Shown: positions 9,129-18,184 of the stretch, piece after piece
How positions within the stretch are numbered: position 1 is the first letter of the stretch
Layout: each line of letters starts with the position of its first letter
Assembly (NCBI GenBank): GCA_964606695.1
Contig: CAZSHG010000001.1
Location: 22,239 to 86,238 of the forward strand
Reading direction: 5' to 3'
DNA from: an uncultured bacterium
GTDB lineage: Bacteria > UBP14 > UBA6098
Length of the DNA: 64,000 bases
The notes under the pieces: model-generated
Databases searched by the model: none
What the model was told of the DNA's origin: nothing
Seen by the model: the letters and a program-made list of their open reading frames with translations, nothing else
Position numbers and translations under genes: made by a program

Positions 9129-9581
9129 ATGTTCACAAAAATCCTTTATCCAACCGACTTTTCGGAAAAATCGAAGCACGCTCTCGAGATGGTTAAAAAA
9201 CTCAAAGAGGCCGGAGCCGGAGAAATCGTTCTGGTTCATTGTGTAGATATTCGAGAAATAAATACCATGGCCGAGATGGAGGGATTCTCCTCACTGCAAT
9301 ACGACAATATCCTCGACGAAGTCCGTGAAGAACTCCACAGAAAAGCCTCTAACAGTATCGAGAAAATATCGAATGACTTAAAAAGCAACGGATTCAAGGT
9401 TGAAGAGCGTCTCGTAGATGGCATTCCATATAAAGAAATCCTGCGAATTGCCGAAAAAGAAAATGTGGACCTTATCGTAATGGGTTCTTCCGGGAAGGGC
9501 TTATTAGCCGAGGTTGTACTTGGATCGACTACCGATAAGGTTGTTAGAGAAGCCAAAGTCCCGGTAATTATCGTAAAATGA
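9129..9581 (+). CDS. Universal stress protein (UspA family)
   Basis: 150 aa. MFTKILYPTDFSEKSKHALE...VLVHCVD...DLIVMGSSGKGLLAEVVLGSTTDKVVREAKVPVIIVK is the canonical USP ATP-binding fold motif (G-2x-G-9x-G(S/T)). Confidence 0.85.
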   Translation: MFTKILYPTDFSEKSKHALEMVKKLKEAGAGEIVLVHCVDIREINTMAEMEGFSSLQYDNILDEVREELHRKASNSIEKISNDLKSNGFKVEERLVDGIPYKEILRIAEKENVDLIVMGSSGKGLLAEVVLGSTTDKVVREAKVPVIIVK

Positions 9582-9613
9582 TCCTCTCACAAAATTTCTA
9601 AGGGAGCATAACA

Positions 9614-11497
9614 ATGAAGAAAATCGAAGCTATCTTTGTCTTCGACAAAGATAAAGCGAGGATTAATAAGGTCAAAAAGGCGATTGGAGATAGATATGAA
9701 ATTAAAGTTATCTCCAAATCCACCGATATTCCTGAAGAACTCGAGGATTTAGCCGGTATAATCGTCGATCCGGAAACCAAAGAGGAACTTTCCGCCCTTG
9801 TTATAGATATCCTCAAACAAAAAAGGACGCCCGTTTTCGTTTGGGCACCCATTGGTAAACCGCCTTCGGCATGGGAATATAGCCTGCCGGTAAAGGTTCT
9901 ACAGGCTCCTCCTTCCGTTCGTAGTATTACTGAAGGAATACTACCGGTGCTGGAATCGGATAGATATAAACTCATTATCCTGGCAACCACAGACGACAGA
10001 CTCACTAACGAACTCGCTTCGGGATTGATAGAAAAGGGCTACGAAGTGAAAAGAGCCCTCGATAGAAACAGGCTTGAAGAGCAAATTAAAGAATACCGCG
10101 ATGAAGCGGCACTGATATTCGCCGATCTCAAATTTGCCCAAAATCTGGCTGAAAAAGGCGATACCGGCCCAAAAATTCCTCTCGTTATTAACGTTCCCGG
10201 TAGTCTCGGATCATCCTCCAACCCCATTAAAATCGAACCTTACGTTACGCTGGTAAATTCAGGTATGCGACCGAACTCTATAGTGGATACAATCGAAAAC
10301 GCTCTCATCAGTGGCGAGAAGGAAATCCTAAAAGAAGCCGCAATCATGATAAGGCAAAAGGAAGCGCTTCTATCGAATCAAATGATAGAACGATTACTGA
10401 GCCTTCTCGTCGAAGAAACCGAGAGGGAGATTAACGAGATCCGAACCGAGGAATTCAATGTCCTCAACGCGCGCACGATGGGATTGATCGACGAATTCTT
10501 CGATCTACTCACGGAAGCCGGAGAGAAAGCCCACATACTTTTCGAAGCGCTCGATACCCCGGAGTTGGAGGAAGAGGTTTTCGAAATCAAGCATAAAATG
10601 AGTTCCGCGCGCGAAATCCTGGACGCCCTTCAATCCGTGGATTGGTATAGATCCTACAGCGCCCCGGAACCCATCGCCGTTAGAAAACTGGTAGCGCAGG
10701 CTATCACCGTTATGAAAGCTAATCGGCGCCGAAAAAACATCGAATATGTCGTTAACACGAAAGATAGCAGTATAACGGTCTGTTCGAAAAGCCAGCTTAT
10801 CGAAGTTCTGGTAAACATATTCACCAATTCCTATGAGGCCTTCGACAGGGGAGGCAAAATCGAGGTAACGACCAGCTCCGATCCCCAATGGAACTATATC
10901 GAAATACACGACAACGGACCTGGAATACCGAAAAAAGCTATCGATAATATCACAAAACCCTTCTTCACGACCAAATCTGCGGCGCATAACGGTATTGGGC
11001 TTACCGTGGCGAGAGGAGTCATAGAAATGCACGGCGGCGAACTCGAAATCGAGTCCGATGAAGATGGAACCACGGTCAGGTTCTCGTTGCCACGAGTCAG
11101 GGAGGGTAAAGCGCTAATAGACAAATCCGAGAATCCCGATATCATGCTTATCGCGCCCAAAAAGAGCCTTAGCTTCCTTCAGTCTATGCTCGCAAAATAC
11201 GCCTTATCCGTCGTGGCCTACGACAACGTGGGTGAAGCTATCCACGCGGCAAAACGTATGTCGCCGGGACTGATTTTAATCCAGGCAGGACTCAAATATA
11301 TGGACACCAGCGCGGTGAGAATGCTGGCGGGAGTTAAGGGCGAAGCTCAACTCGTTCTACTCGACCCACAGGGCAAATTGCCACCGGGAATCAACGGACT
11401 CGATTCAGTCATCAGGGGCACATATCCCGCACATCATCTGATATCGATAATAAGCGAATTCCTGAAAGAAGAATCTCCCGTCGCGTCTGTTACCTGA
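9614..11497 (+). CDS. Atypical sensor histidine-kinase-like protein with multiple degenerate receiver-like domains and an HATPase_c domain
   Basis: HATPase_c motifs are present: N-box (NIFTNSYEAF), G1 (IHDNGPGIP), G2 (GIGLTVARGVIEMHGG). Two N-terminal and one C-terminal CheY-like segments are present, but canonical Asp pockets are partly missing. The candidate H-box (EIKHKMSSAREIL) deviates from HE(L/M)RTPL. Confidence 0.7.
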   Translation: MKKIEAIFVFDKDKARINKVKKAIGDRYEIKVISKSTDIPEELEDLAGIIVDPETKEELSALVIDILKQKRTPVFVWAPIGKPPSAWEYSLPVKVLQAPPSVRSITEGILPVLESDRYKLIILATTDDRLTNELASGLIEKGYEVKRALDRNRLEEQIKEYRDEAALIFADLKFAQNLAEKGDTGPKIPLVINVPGSLGSSSNPIKIEPYVTLVNSGMRPNSIVDTIENALISGEKEILKEAAIMIRQKEALLSNQMIERLLSLLVEETEREINEIRTEEFNVLNARTMGLIDEFFDLLTEAGEKAHILFEALDTPELEEEVFEIKHKMSSAREILDALQSVDWYRSYSAPEPIAVRKLVAQAITVMKANRRRKNIEYVVNTKDSSITVCSKSQLIEVLVNIFTNSYEAFDRGGKIEVTTSSDPQWNYIEIHDNGPGIPKKAIDNITKPFFTTKSAAHNGIGLTVARGVIEMHGGELEIESDEDGTTVRFSLPRVREGKALIDKSENPDIMLIAPKKSLSFLQSMLAKYALSVVAYDNVGEAIHAAKRMSPGLILIQAGLKYMDTSAVRMLAGVKGEAQLVLLDPQGKLPPGINGLDSVIRGTYPAHHLISIISEFLKEESPVASVT

Positions 11498-11519
11498 TAA
11501 AAAAAGTCGGTTAGAAACA

Positions 11520-11551
11520 AGGCGGCCCTTTTCGGGGCCGCCTTTTGTATT
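11520..11551. terminator. Rho-independent terminator (AGGCGGCCC-loop-GGGCCGCCT followed by TTTGTATTT)
   Basis: 9-bp perfect GC stem at 11520-11543 followed by a T-rich tract. It sits between convergent genes 9614..11497(+) and 11569..11937(-). Confidence 0.7.
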
Positions 11552-11568
11552 TATGCGGTTACATACAT

Positions 11569-11937
11569 TTAACTGAGTATCTTCTTCTGGCGGAAATATC
11601 CCAGAAGAAAGAAAAAGGCGGCAAACAGGTGGCCGAATGAAATAAGAAGCTGGGGAACCGTCCAGAATTCCGCCATACCCCCCACTTCGATTACCTTAAT
11701 CAAAGCGAATACAATGACCGCGCCAGAGAGCCACCCCCAGCTCATAGCCAGTTCCCCGCCCTTCATCATCTTGTTCAATTCCAGTGCAAGATACACGCCC
11801 AAAAGCAGGAACAGAACCGTAACGATATCCACGACTATCTGGAAGTTCTCGCTATCTTCCTGCGTGGGTTTTATCTGCGCGAAACAACTCCCGATAATGA
11901 GAATCGCCGCAATTAGAAAAATCCTTCTAGTTCTCAT
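11569..11937 (-). CDS. Small membrane protein (hypothetical), 3-4 TM helices
   Basis: 122-aa ORF with N-terminal signal/TM (MRTRRIFLIAAILIIGSCFAQ) and two further hydrophobic helices. It lies immediately downstream of the DUF4388 gene on the same strand. Confidence 0.5.
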   Translation of the reverse strand: MRTRRIFLIAAILIIGSCFAQIKPTQEDSENFQIVVDIVTVLFLLLGVYLALELNKMMKGGELAMSWGWLSGAVIVFALIKVIEVGGMAEFWTVPQLLISFGHLFAAFFFLLGYFRQKKILS

Positions 11938-11955
11938 CTATCCTCCTATGGTTGA

Positions 11956-13122
11956 TTATTCCCTTAAAGTCCTGTGTAAATCGGAATATACTCCGTATTT
12001 TTTCAATAACTCTATCTTGCCGGATATTATATCCTCGGTTTTGCTTAGAGCCATCGAGATAATCTGCTTTTTCTGTCTGGAACCGACTATCGACTGCACC
12101 GATTCCATTGTCTTATCGAGAAAAGCGGCCAATCCGCTCGATACTTCGTGAATCCTGCTCGATTCCGGCATTTTCTCTATCATCGTAAGGAAATTAACGA
12201 AATCGAGTTCACCCTTGTCCGATATGTTAATGTGTTTGAGGACTTCGTAATCCTCCTGCGTTTCTGCGAAATTCTTCCTGACTCTCTTGACACCGGCTTT
12301 ACCGAGCTTCTTCTGCAATACTTCGCGCACTACCTCCAGAATGGCCGAGTAAACCTTGACCAGAATCTGTAAAACTTCCTTTTTCTCGGTAATAGCCGCT
12401 TTTCTGCTTTCCTTGACTCCGGTTTTACGTATTATGCCCGCCATTTTCAAACTGTATAGCGCGCGAGACGTATCCAACTCGGCATAAGGCGATTTCTCCA
12501 TTATCTCCTCTATCGACCTCTCGCCGTCGATAAGGCTCAAAATCTGCGCCTCCATGGGAGACATCCGAATCTCTTCCTTATCCTTAAGTTGAGATTGGAC
12601 GACCTGCATCACCGTATTCAAGGTGGGCAGTGCGCCGCGGATTTTACTCCACTCGTCGATGCGGCGCGTGCCTTCCATAAGGATGTTCATAGTATTCAAC
12701 GCATTGATGATATGCAGGGAATCCGCAAGCTCGTTATCCTTGAAAACAAAACGTCCTTTATCCCAGGCGAATATCCCAAAGACTATCGATTCGACGTGCC
12801 CCAGGACAATTTCGGAGACTTCTTCCTTATTGAACAGCCCCAGGAACACGAGCGTGCTGGGCAAATCCCGACTCGTCAAATCCATTATTTCTTTGGCCTT
12901 CACGAGGTCTTCCTTGCTCAAACGCCCCTGTTTCAACAGCTGGTTTTCAAGCATATCGCCCTCGTCGTTCGACGATGCCCAGATTATCGAACCGCTCTTG
13001 AAGCTCACTTCTTTGTGGATATTATCCTTCTCGATATGGAGCGTGCCCGTTTTCTTGCCCATAGCGAGCAACTGCAAAATATCCGCAAAACTTACACTAT
13101 CTAAATTTCCCTGAAAGCCCAT
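11956..13122 (-). CDS. DUF4388 (PatA-like N-terminal domain) protein
   Basis: N-terminus GNLDSVSFADILQLLAMGKKTGTLHIE is the hallmark of DUF4388 (GxLxDxxLxDLLQLLxxxxKTGxL). Confidence 0.7.
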   Translation of the reverse strand: MGFQGNLDSVSFADILQLLAMGKKTGTLHIEKDNIHKEVSFKSGSIIWASSNDEGDMLENQLLKQGRLSKEDLVKAKEIMDLTSRDLPSTLVFLGLFNKEEVSEIVLGHVESIVFGIFAWDKGRFVFKDNELADSLHIINALNTMNILMEGTRRIDEWSKIRGALPTLNTVMQVVQSQLKDKEEIRMSPMEAQILSLIDGERSIEEIMEKSPYAELDTSRALYSLKMAGIIRKTGVKESRKAAITEKKEVLQILVKVYSAILEVVREVLQKKLGKAGVKRVRKNFAETQEDYEVLKHINISDKGELDFVNFLTMIEKMPESSRIHEVSSGLAAFLDKTMESVQSIVGSRQKKQIISMALSKTEDIISGKIELLKKYGVYSDLHRTLRE

Positions 13123-13201
13123 AAGAACCTTCCCGTATTAGTGTTGTTTTATAAAATACCATATCATGGAAATTATCGCAAGTGCAAATTAAAATTACTA
13201 T

Positions 13202-13236
13202 AAAAAACCCCCCGCTTTTTTGCGGAGGGTTTTTGT
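13202..13236 (-). terminator. Rho-independent terminator downstream of the 1590-aa gene
   Basis: Read on the - strand: CCCTCCGC-AAAAAA-GCGGGGGG followed by TTTTTTATAG. Read on the +, the same hairpin is followed by GTTTTTG. Located 20-55 nt after the stop at 13258. Confidence 0.6.
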
Positions 13237-13257
13237 GGCTCATTAAGCGCCTTTATC

Positions 13258-16200
13258 TTACTTGATCAGCATTACCTTGTGTGTCGCGTTGAATTCTCCC
13301 GCAACCATACGGGCGAAGTAAACGCCGCTCGGCATCGAAGAAGCGTTCCAGGTGACGTTGTAAACGCCGCCGTCAAGCCTCTCGCTGACCAGAGTTTCCA
13401 CCCTCTTACCGGTAATATCGTATATCGCCAGCTCGACGTCGGAGTCCTTCGGGAGCTGGAACTCGATAGTGGTTACCGGGTTGAACGGGTTCGGGTAGTT
13501 GCCCGCAAGCGCGTAATCCTTCGGCAGTTTCGCATCGACTTCGTAGATTCCGGTATTCGGAATACCGATCTTCCAGAGGTAACCGGAAGCGGCGCGATAC
13601 TGCACATACGGATACGTGCCATCGACGATGCCGCCGAGATAAATCGCGGAGATAATCGTCTGGCAAGGCCCGTTATAGAAGAACGTCCTGAACGTCGTGT
13701 CCTGATCCCAGCCTACAGGGTTAGTTAATCCGCCGGAAGCCGAGAGAATGTCCACGAAATGATCGGCGGAACTGCTGTCATCGTAGTCGAAGGTATGCCC
13801 GACTGTGCTGTGCATCAGGTCGGCATTGCCAAAGAACCAATCGACGTTGAAGTCCGCCGCGCCGTCGTCCAGGAAGGAGAGACCCAGGTTATCGAAGAGA
13901 TCCTCGTCGTTGTAGTCCGCACCGAAGTCCGGGCCTTCGATAATCATCTTCTTACCAGAAGTCGCTCTGTAAGCCTCCAGTTTGGCTAACGCCGCCGAGG
14001 GCAGTTCCGTGTTGTCCGCATCGTTGATACCGAGCGCGACAACGACCAGCATATAATCGCCAAGGTTGTATCCGTCCAGCGGATCCGATTCGGAATCGTC
14101 GGTCGTAGCTACAACCGCGCTAAGTCCAAGATCGGTGGATTCGAGCATATCTACCCACCATTCGCCGACACCCATGGTGCCGCCGTTGCATGGCGTCGCG
14201 CCGTTATCCCAGTCGAGAACAAGGATGTCCGCGGGGTCGGGCGTATAAACGCTCGTCGCGCTTACGTTACCCGCGAGAACCGAATAGTAGCTTTCGCAAC
14301 CATACTCCACGACCACATCGTAATAATACGTTACGCCGTCTTCGACGGTTTCATCGTCGAAGGTAGCTGTGCCGTAAGAAGCGGAGCCAATTAGTGTAAC
14401 ACCGGGTGCGGTAACATCGATAAACGGCGTCTCGGAACGATAAACTCTATATGAATCCGGCATACAGCAATCTGTATCCGGTTCCGTCCAGGTCAGCGTA
14501 ATCGCCAGCGGATCGGAAGCAGGACGCGCAACGCTGTCGCCTTCAGCCGCGAGATCCGTTACCGGATCAAGACAGCAGAGCGAAACCGAGATCGTCGTGT
14601 CCGCGCTGACGTAGATACTATCAACCATCGCGGTCTTGTGATAGTCCGCGACGACTTCGACACTATACCAGCCGTGATCGACGTCGTCGAAAGTAACATT
14701 GCCACTTGCAGGCGTAGTTTCCATGCCGACGCCGGAAAGCGTAACTTCCGCACCGGACTCGTCGGACGCCTCGCAACCGAGATCGACCGAAACCGTTACC
14801 TCGACAGGTATCGTCTCCAGGTCGAAGTCCAGGTCGTCAAGGCCGTCTTCCGGAACTTCGAGAGTCGTGCAAGCCTCGGCGTAACCGGTATAGCTCGCGC
14901 AAATAGTTCCGTAGCCGATATTGGCGAAAACACAGTAAGCGCCAAGAGAATCTGTGGTTCCTGAAACAGCAACTCCAGGACCGTCGATTTCGATGCCCTC
15001 GGCTGGAACGCCATCGAGCATAGCGGTGCCACAAACCATAACGGTGGTTTCGCTCAGGTTGAAATCGACGTTGACATCGACCAACGCGACAGTAACCGTT
15101 TCCACAACAGAGCGATAACCCGTATGAGAGGCTATGAGAATATAGGTGCCCGGGATTATACCTACGAATTCGTAGTAACCCAGCGGGGAAGTAGCCGTAT
15201 TAACCCAGTCGAGAAGCGTAGTTCCAGTCGAATCGTAGAGTTCAATGTCTATATTATCGTCAGGCGATCCCATAAGTGAACCCGTTCCATAGATCATACG
15301 GCTATCGCACGGAACCATATCGTATGTCGGAACAGTGATAGTGGTATCGGCAATATCGCAGTCAACAATAACTACACTATCTTCGTCGGGATGCGGACAA
15401 TAATCATCTTCGGGATCCCAGAATGTAAGTTCGTGGGTTCCTAACGGTATATTGGCGAAGGAATAGAATCCGGAGCTATTTGTCGTGCGGAAAGAACCGC
15501 CGTCCAGATAAACGCGAATTCCGCTGTGATCGTCCGCGCCGTAGAGCATAACGTCGCCCTCGATATTGAATATTTCAAGTTCTTCGCCGACGAAACCGAG
15601 ACCAATATACAGTAAATCCGTGTTCGCATTGTAAACGATCGAATCGCCAACGTCCATGAGTGTCCAGGAATCATCGACCGCAGTCGGTTCCGGTGTCGCA
15701 AGTGGGAGCGAAATGTAATACAGATGCCACGCAGTATCCGCGAATACCGGCGATGTTGGCCAGGTAACCGTCACAGTGGGTGAACCAAGCGGATCTCTCT
15801 TAGCGATCTGCCATATATTCGGACGATCGCATGGGCCGCGCATATCTTTGATAAGCTTATCCGCCGGAGGATCGTCGTCGCAGGTGAAGTAGAATCCGGC
15901 ATCCGTAATGGGCGGAGGCTGAATCTGGTCAACACCGGCGTCGTAACCGGGCGAAGCGCCCTCGATCGTTCCGAAGGTAATGGTTTCCATCGATTCCGGA
16001 GTAGAACCCCAGGCCAATGTAATCGGAAGCTCGAATTCGGGCGAGCAACCTGCGGGGCCGGTGGTGAAAGTCCAGATTTCCGGATCCATTTCATTTGCCG
16101 GAAGCGCGTTGTCAGCCGCGTTAACTTCGACCGTGAATTCCGTATTCGGCGCCCAGGAAGGATCAGGCGTATAGCAGTAGCGATAACCGTTGGATAGAGT

Positions 16201-18030
16201 CGTAGAAGTAAACTCATCCGTTAAATCGACGTAATCGACCGAAATAGTTACCGAAGTAGGATCTACGCCGGTTCCGTAATCTATTACCTCGAAGCAAAGC
16301 GGGGTAGTCGGATCGTAACCGCCGCCACCAGTGCCCGTGCCTTCCATGGATATTTCGCGGACGATCGGAGGCATAGTATCTTCGAAAGCCGGCAGGAATC
16401 GGATTATGACCTGCTGATCGGAAGTGAATTCCGTCTCGTCGTAGGATTCCATGGAAACCCAGCTTGTCGGCGTAGTTCCTCTATCGACTACCGCATAGTG
16501 GAATTGGCCGGCATAGGGCAGTGCGCTATTATCCCAGGTTACGAATAAATCGCCCTCGGGTTCGAAAACATCTACTGTCCACTGCTTTAAACCGCTTTCC
16601 GTGCTACGAATATCTCTCGAAAGAGCGGGCACTTCGGGATGGGTTGGATCCATCAACGGGAAGTAGCCGCGCGGAGCGCCCGGGAACAGGAACTGCGGAA
16701 CGTCGAGCCCGCTATCGTAACCGTCCGTGCCCAGGTTATCTAGGCCGAGATAAAGGTTAGTTGCCGCTGTATCGGAACCTGAAATCGATAGAACTCGAAT
16801 GTTATAGGTAAATTCGGCTAGCGATTCCGCTTCTTCCGTAGTGAACGACCACTCGATCGTCTCGTCATTTCCCCAACCATCCTCGGCGTAAACGCTGACA
16901 TCGTATATTCCGCCGTAATTGAGGTTTTCGGGGGGGCAATACTGGACTGAAAACCAATCTGAACCGACACCTAATTCGCTAATGCTCAGATCGTCGTGGG
17001 AAACCTCTTCCCCGTCGAATTCGAAGACAATTGTGCTACTATCCACACCGCTTTCGGAATCTTTGATTATCACGCTTACGCAGGAAGTTACATCGACTCC
17101 TGTTGCGCCGTTAGCGGGATTGGGGTTCTCGAAATAGGGCGGGTAAACATCTGGAGGAATAACCTGCGTGAAGAAAGATACGACCGTATCTGCCACCATA
17201 CAATTCGCGGGATCGGCTAAATCACAGGCATTAACCGAATAAGTGATCATCGTGGAATCCGGCCATTCGCCGCCGGCGATAGCAGGATCGATAGTTACGC
17301 GATAACCGCCGACGATTGGATCCAGAACCATATCTCCGGCATCGACTCCCATCGAGTCTCCATCCCACCAAATACTAACCGTAATACTGGCGTCGTCCAC
17401 ACCTCTGTTGTCATCTTTGACGTTGAATTGAATCGGCAGATCGACGTCCACGCCGGCCTCGCCTGGGACAGGATCGAAACCATTAACATACGGCGCGATA
17501 GTATCGACCATACCCGACGGCATGAAACGGAATGCCACGTCTTCCATAACTCCAAATACGAATTCCGTGGTGGTTTCCATTGGCACCCAAAGAGTGTCGT
17601 CGAGGGTAGCAGGATCTATACCGTAAGTTATCGGAGCAACCCAGAAATATCCGGCTGATACCGGATCTGGTATTTCCAGTGTATCCCAAACTACGAAACG
17701 GTCATCCAGCCCGAAGTAACCCTCGTCCATAGCGACCCAGTATGTGTAATCGCCGGTCTCTATACCCCGCACATCGGTTTGTAGCTTGGTATATGCCGGA
17801 TGTAACGGATCGACAAGAGGAAAATACGCTCCCTTACCGTCGGGAGGCGAAAAATAAGGGACGTCTAAGAAGGCGTCGTAACCTGCGGTGGCTCCCGCAG
17901 TCATAGCCATTGTCAGATCGAAAGTATCTCCCGGAACGGGAACGATCTGAAAAGTAAAACTCCAGCTCTGGGCAAATGCTAAACTGACCAGCGCGAGAGC
18001 TACTACTAAGGTAATTTTGCCTTTTGACAT
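13258..18030 (-). CDS. Giant secreted multi-domain surface protein (1590 aa) with T9SS C-terminal sorting domain
   Basis: Signal peptide MSKGKITLVVALALVSLAFAQ. Three copies of a ~100-aa N-terminal domain (GYD.g.DVP.F..P....YFPL.DP.HP...). Ig-like (Big_5-like) repeats with GVD motifs. Carboxypeptidase-regulatory-like segments (GTYILIASHTGYRSVVETVTV). One FN3-like domain. C-terminus YPNPFNPVTTIEF...IYDITGKRVETL...SGVYFARMVAGEFNATHKVMLIK matches the T9SS CTD. Confidence 0.8.
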   Translation of the reverse strand: MSKGKITLVVALALVSLAFAQSWSFTFQIVPVPGDTFDLTMAMTAGATAGYDAFLDVPYFSPPDGKGAYFPLVDPLHPAYTKLQTDVRGIETGDYTYWVAMDEGYFGLDDRFVVWDTLEIPDPVSAGYFWVAPITYGIDPATLDDTLWVPMETTTEFVFGVMEDVAFRFMPSGMVDTIAPYVNGFDPVPGEAGVDVDLPIQFNVKDDNRGVDDASITVSIWWDGDSMGVDAGDMVLDPIVGGYRVTIDPAIAGGEWPDSTMITYSVNACDLADPANCMVADTVVSFFTQVIPPDVYPPYFENPNPANGATGVDVTSCVSVIIKDSESGVDSSTIVFEFDGEEVSHDDLSISELGVGSDWFSVQYCPPENLNYGGIYDVSVYAEDGWGNDETIEWSFTTEEAESLAEFTYNIRVLSISGSDTAATNLYLGLDNLGTDGYDSGLDVPQFLFPGAPRGYFPLMDPTHPEVPALSRDIRSTESGLKQWTVDVFEPEGDLFVTWDNSALPYAGQFHYAVVDRGTTPTSWVSMESYDETEFTSDQQVIIRFLPAFEDTMPPIVREISMEGTGTGGGGYDPTTPLCFEVIDYGTGVDPTSVTISVDYVDLTDEFTSTTLSNGYRYCYTPDPSWAPNTEFTVEVNAADNALPANEMDPEIWTFTTGPAGCSPEFELPITLAWGSTPESMETITFGTIEGASPGYDAGVDQIQPPPITDAGFYFTCDDDPPADKLIKDMRGPCDRPNIWQIAKRDPLGSPTVTVTWPTSPVFADTAWHLYYISLPLATPEPTAVDDSWTLMDVGDSIVYNANTDLLYIGLGFVGEELEIFNIEGDVMLYGADDHSGIRVYLDGGSFRTTNSSGFYSFANIPLGTHELTFWDPEDDYCPHPDEDSVVIVDCDIADTTITVPTYDMVPCDSRMIYGTGSLMGSPDDNIDIELYDSTGTTLLDWVNTATSPLGYYEFVGIIPGTYILIASHTGYRSVVETVTVALVDVNVDFNLSETTVMVCGTAMLDGVPAEGIEIDGPGVAVSGTTDSLGAYCVFANIGYGTICASYTGYAEACTTLEVPEDGLDDLDFDLETIPVEVTVSVDLGCEASDESGAEVTLSGVGMETTPASGNVTFDDVDHGWYSVEVVADYHKTAMVDSIYVSADTTISVSLCCLDPVTDLAAEGDSVARPASDPLAITLTWTEPDTDCCMPDSYRVYRSETPFIDVTAPGVTLIGSASYGTATFDDETVEDGVTYYYDVVVEYGCESYYSVLAGNVSATSVYTPDPADILVLDWDNGATPCNGGTMGVGEWWVDMLESTDLGLSAVVATTDDSESDPLDGYNLGDYMLVVVALGINDADNTELPSAALAKLEAYRATSGKKMIIEGPDFGADYNDEDLFDNLGLSFLDDGAADFNVDWFFGNADLMHSTVGHTFDYDDSSSADHFVDILSASGGLTNPVGWDQDTTFRTFFYNGPCQTIISAIYLGGIVDGTYPYVQYRAASGYLWKIGIPNTGIYEVDAKLPKDYALAGNYPNPFNPVTTIEFQLPKDSDVELAIYDITGKRVETLVSERLDGGVYNVTWNASSMPSGVYFARMVAGEFNATHKVMLIK

Positions 18031-18104
18031 ATGGCTTACCCCTTTCTTTGAAAATAAGTTTTAGATAAACGATACAATTTCAAAATCGCTAATTTTAACA
18101 ATCA

Positions 18105-18168
18105 AAACCCCTAAAAGGGGTAAGTTTTAGTTTCTTCCGGCGGCGGGGCGTCGAAGCCCCGCCGCCAG
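18105..18168 (-). terminator. Tandem terminator hairpins downstream of the 3109-aa gene
   Basis: Hairpin 1 at 18138-18167 (CGGCGGCGGGGC / GCCCCGCCGCCA, 11-12 bp). Hairpin 2 at 18107-18121 (ACCCCTTTTTAGGGGT on the - strand) followed by TTTGATTG. Both lie within 80 nt of the stop at 18185. Confidence 0.5.
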
Positions 18169-18184
18169 TTGAAGTCTGGTTGTT

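Noticed and set aside
12589-13114. Two ~165-aa + strand ORFs inside the DUF4388 gene
   Set aside because: Antisense to a gene with the diagnostic DUF4388 N-terminal motif. No start context or motifs.
18130-18166. Possible structured ncRNA in the GC-rich hairpin between the two giant genes
   Set aside because: A single 12-bp hairpin without further conserved structure, positioned exactly where a terminator for the upstream giant gene is expected.
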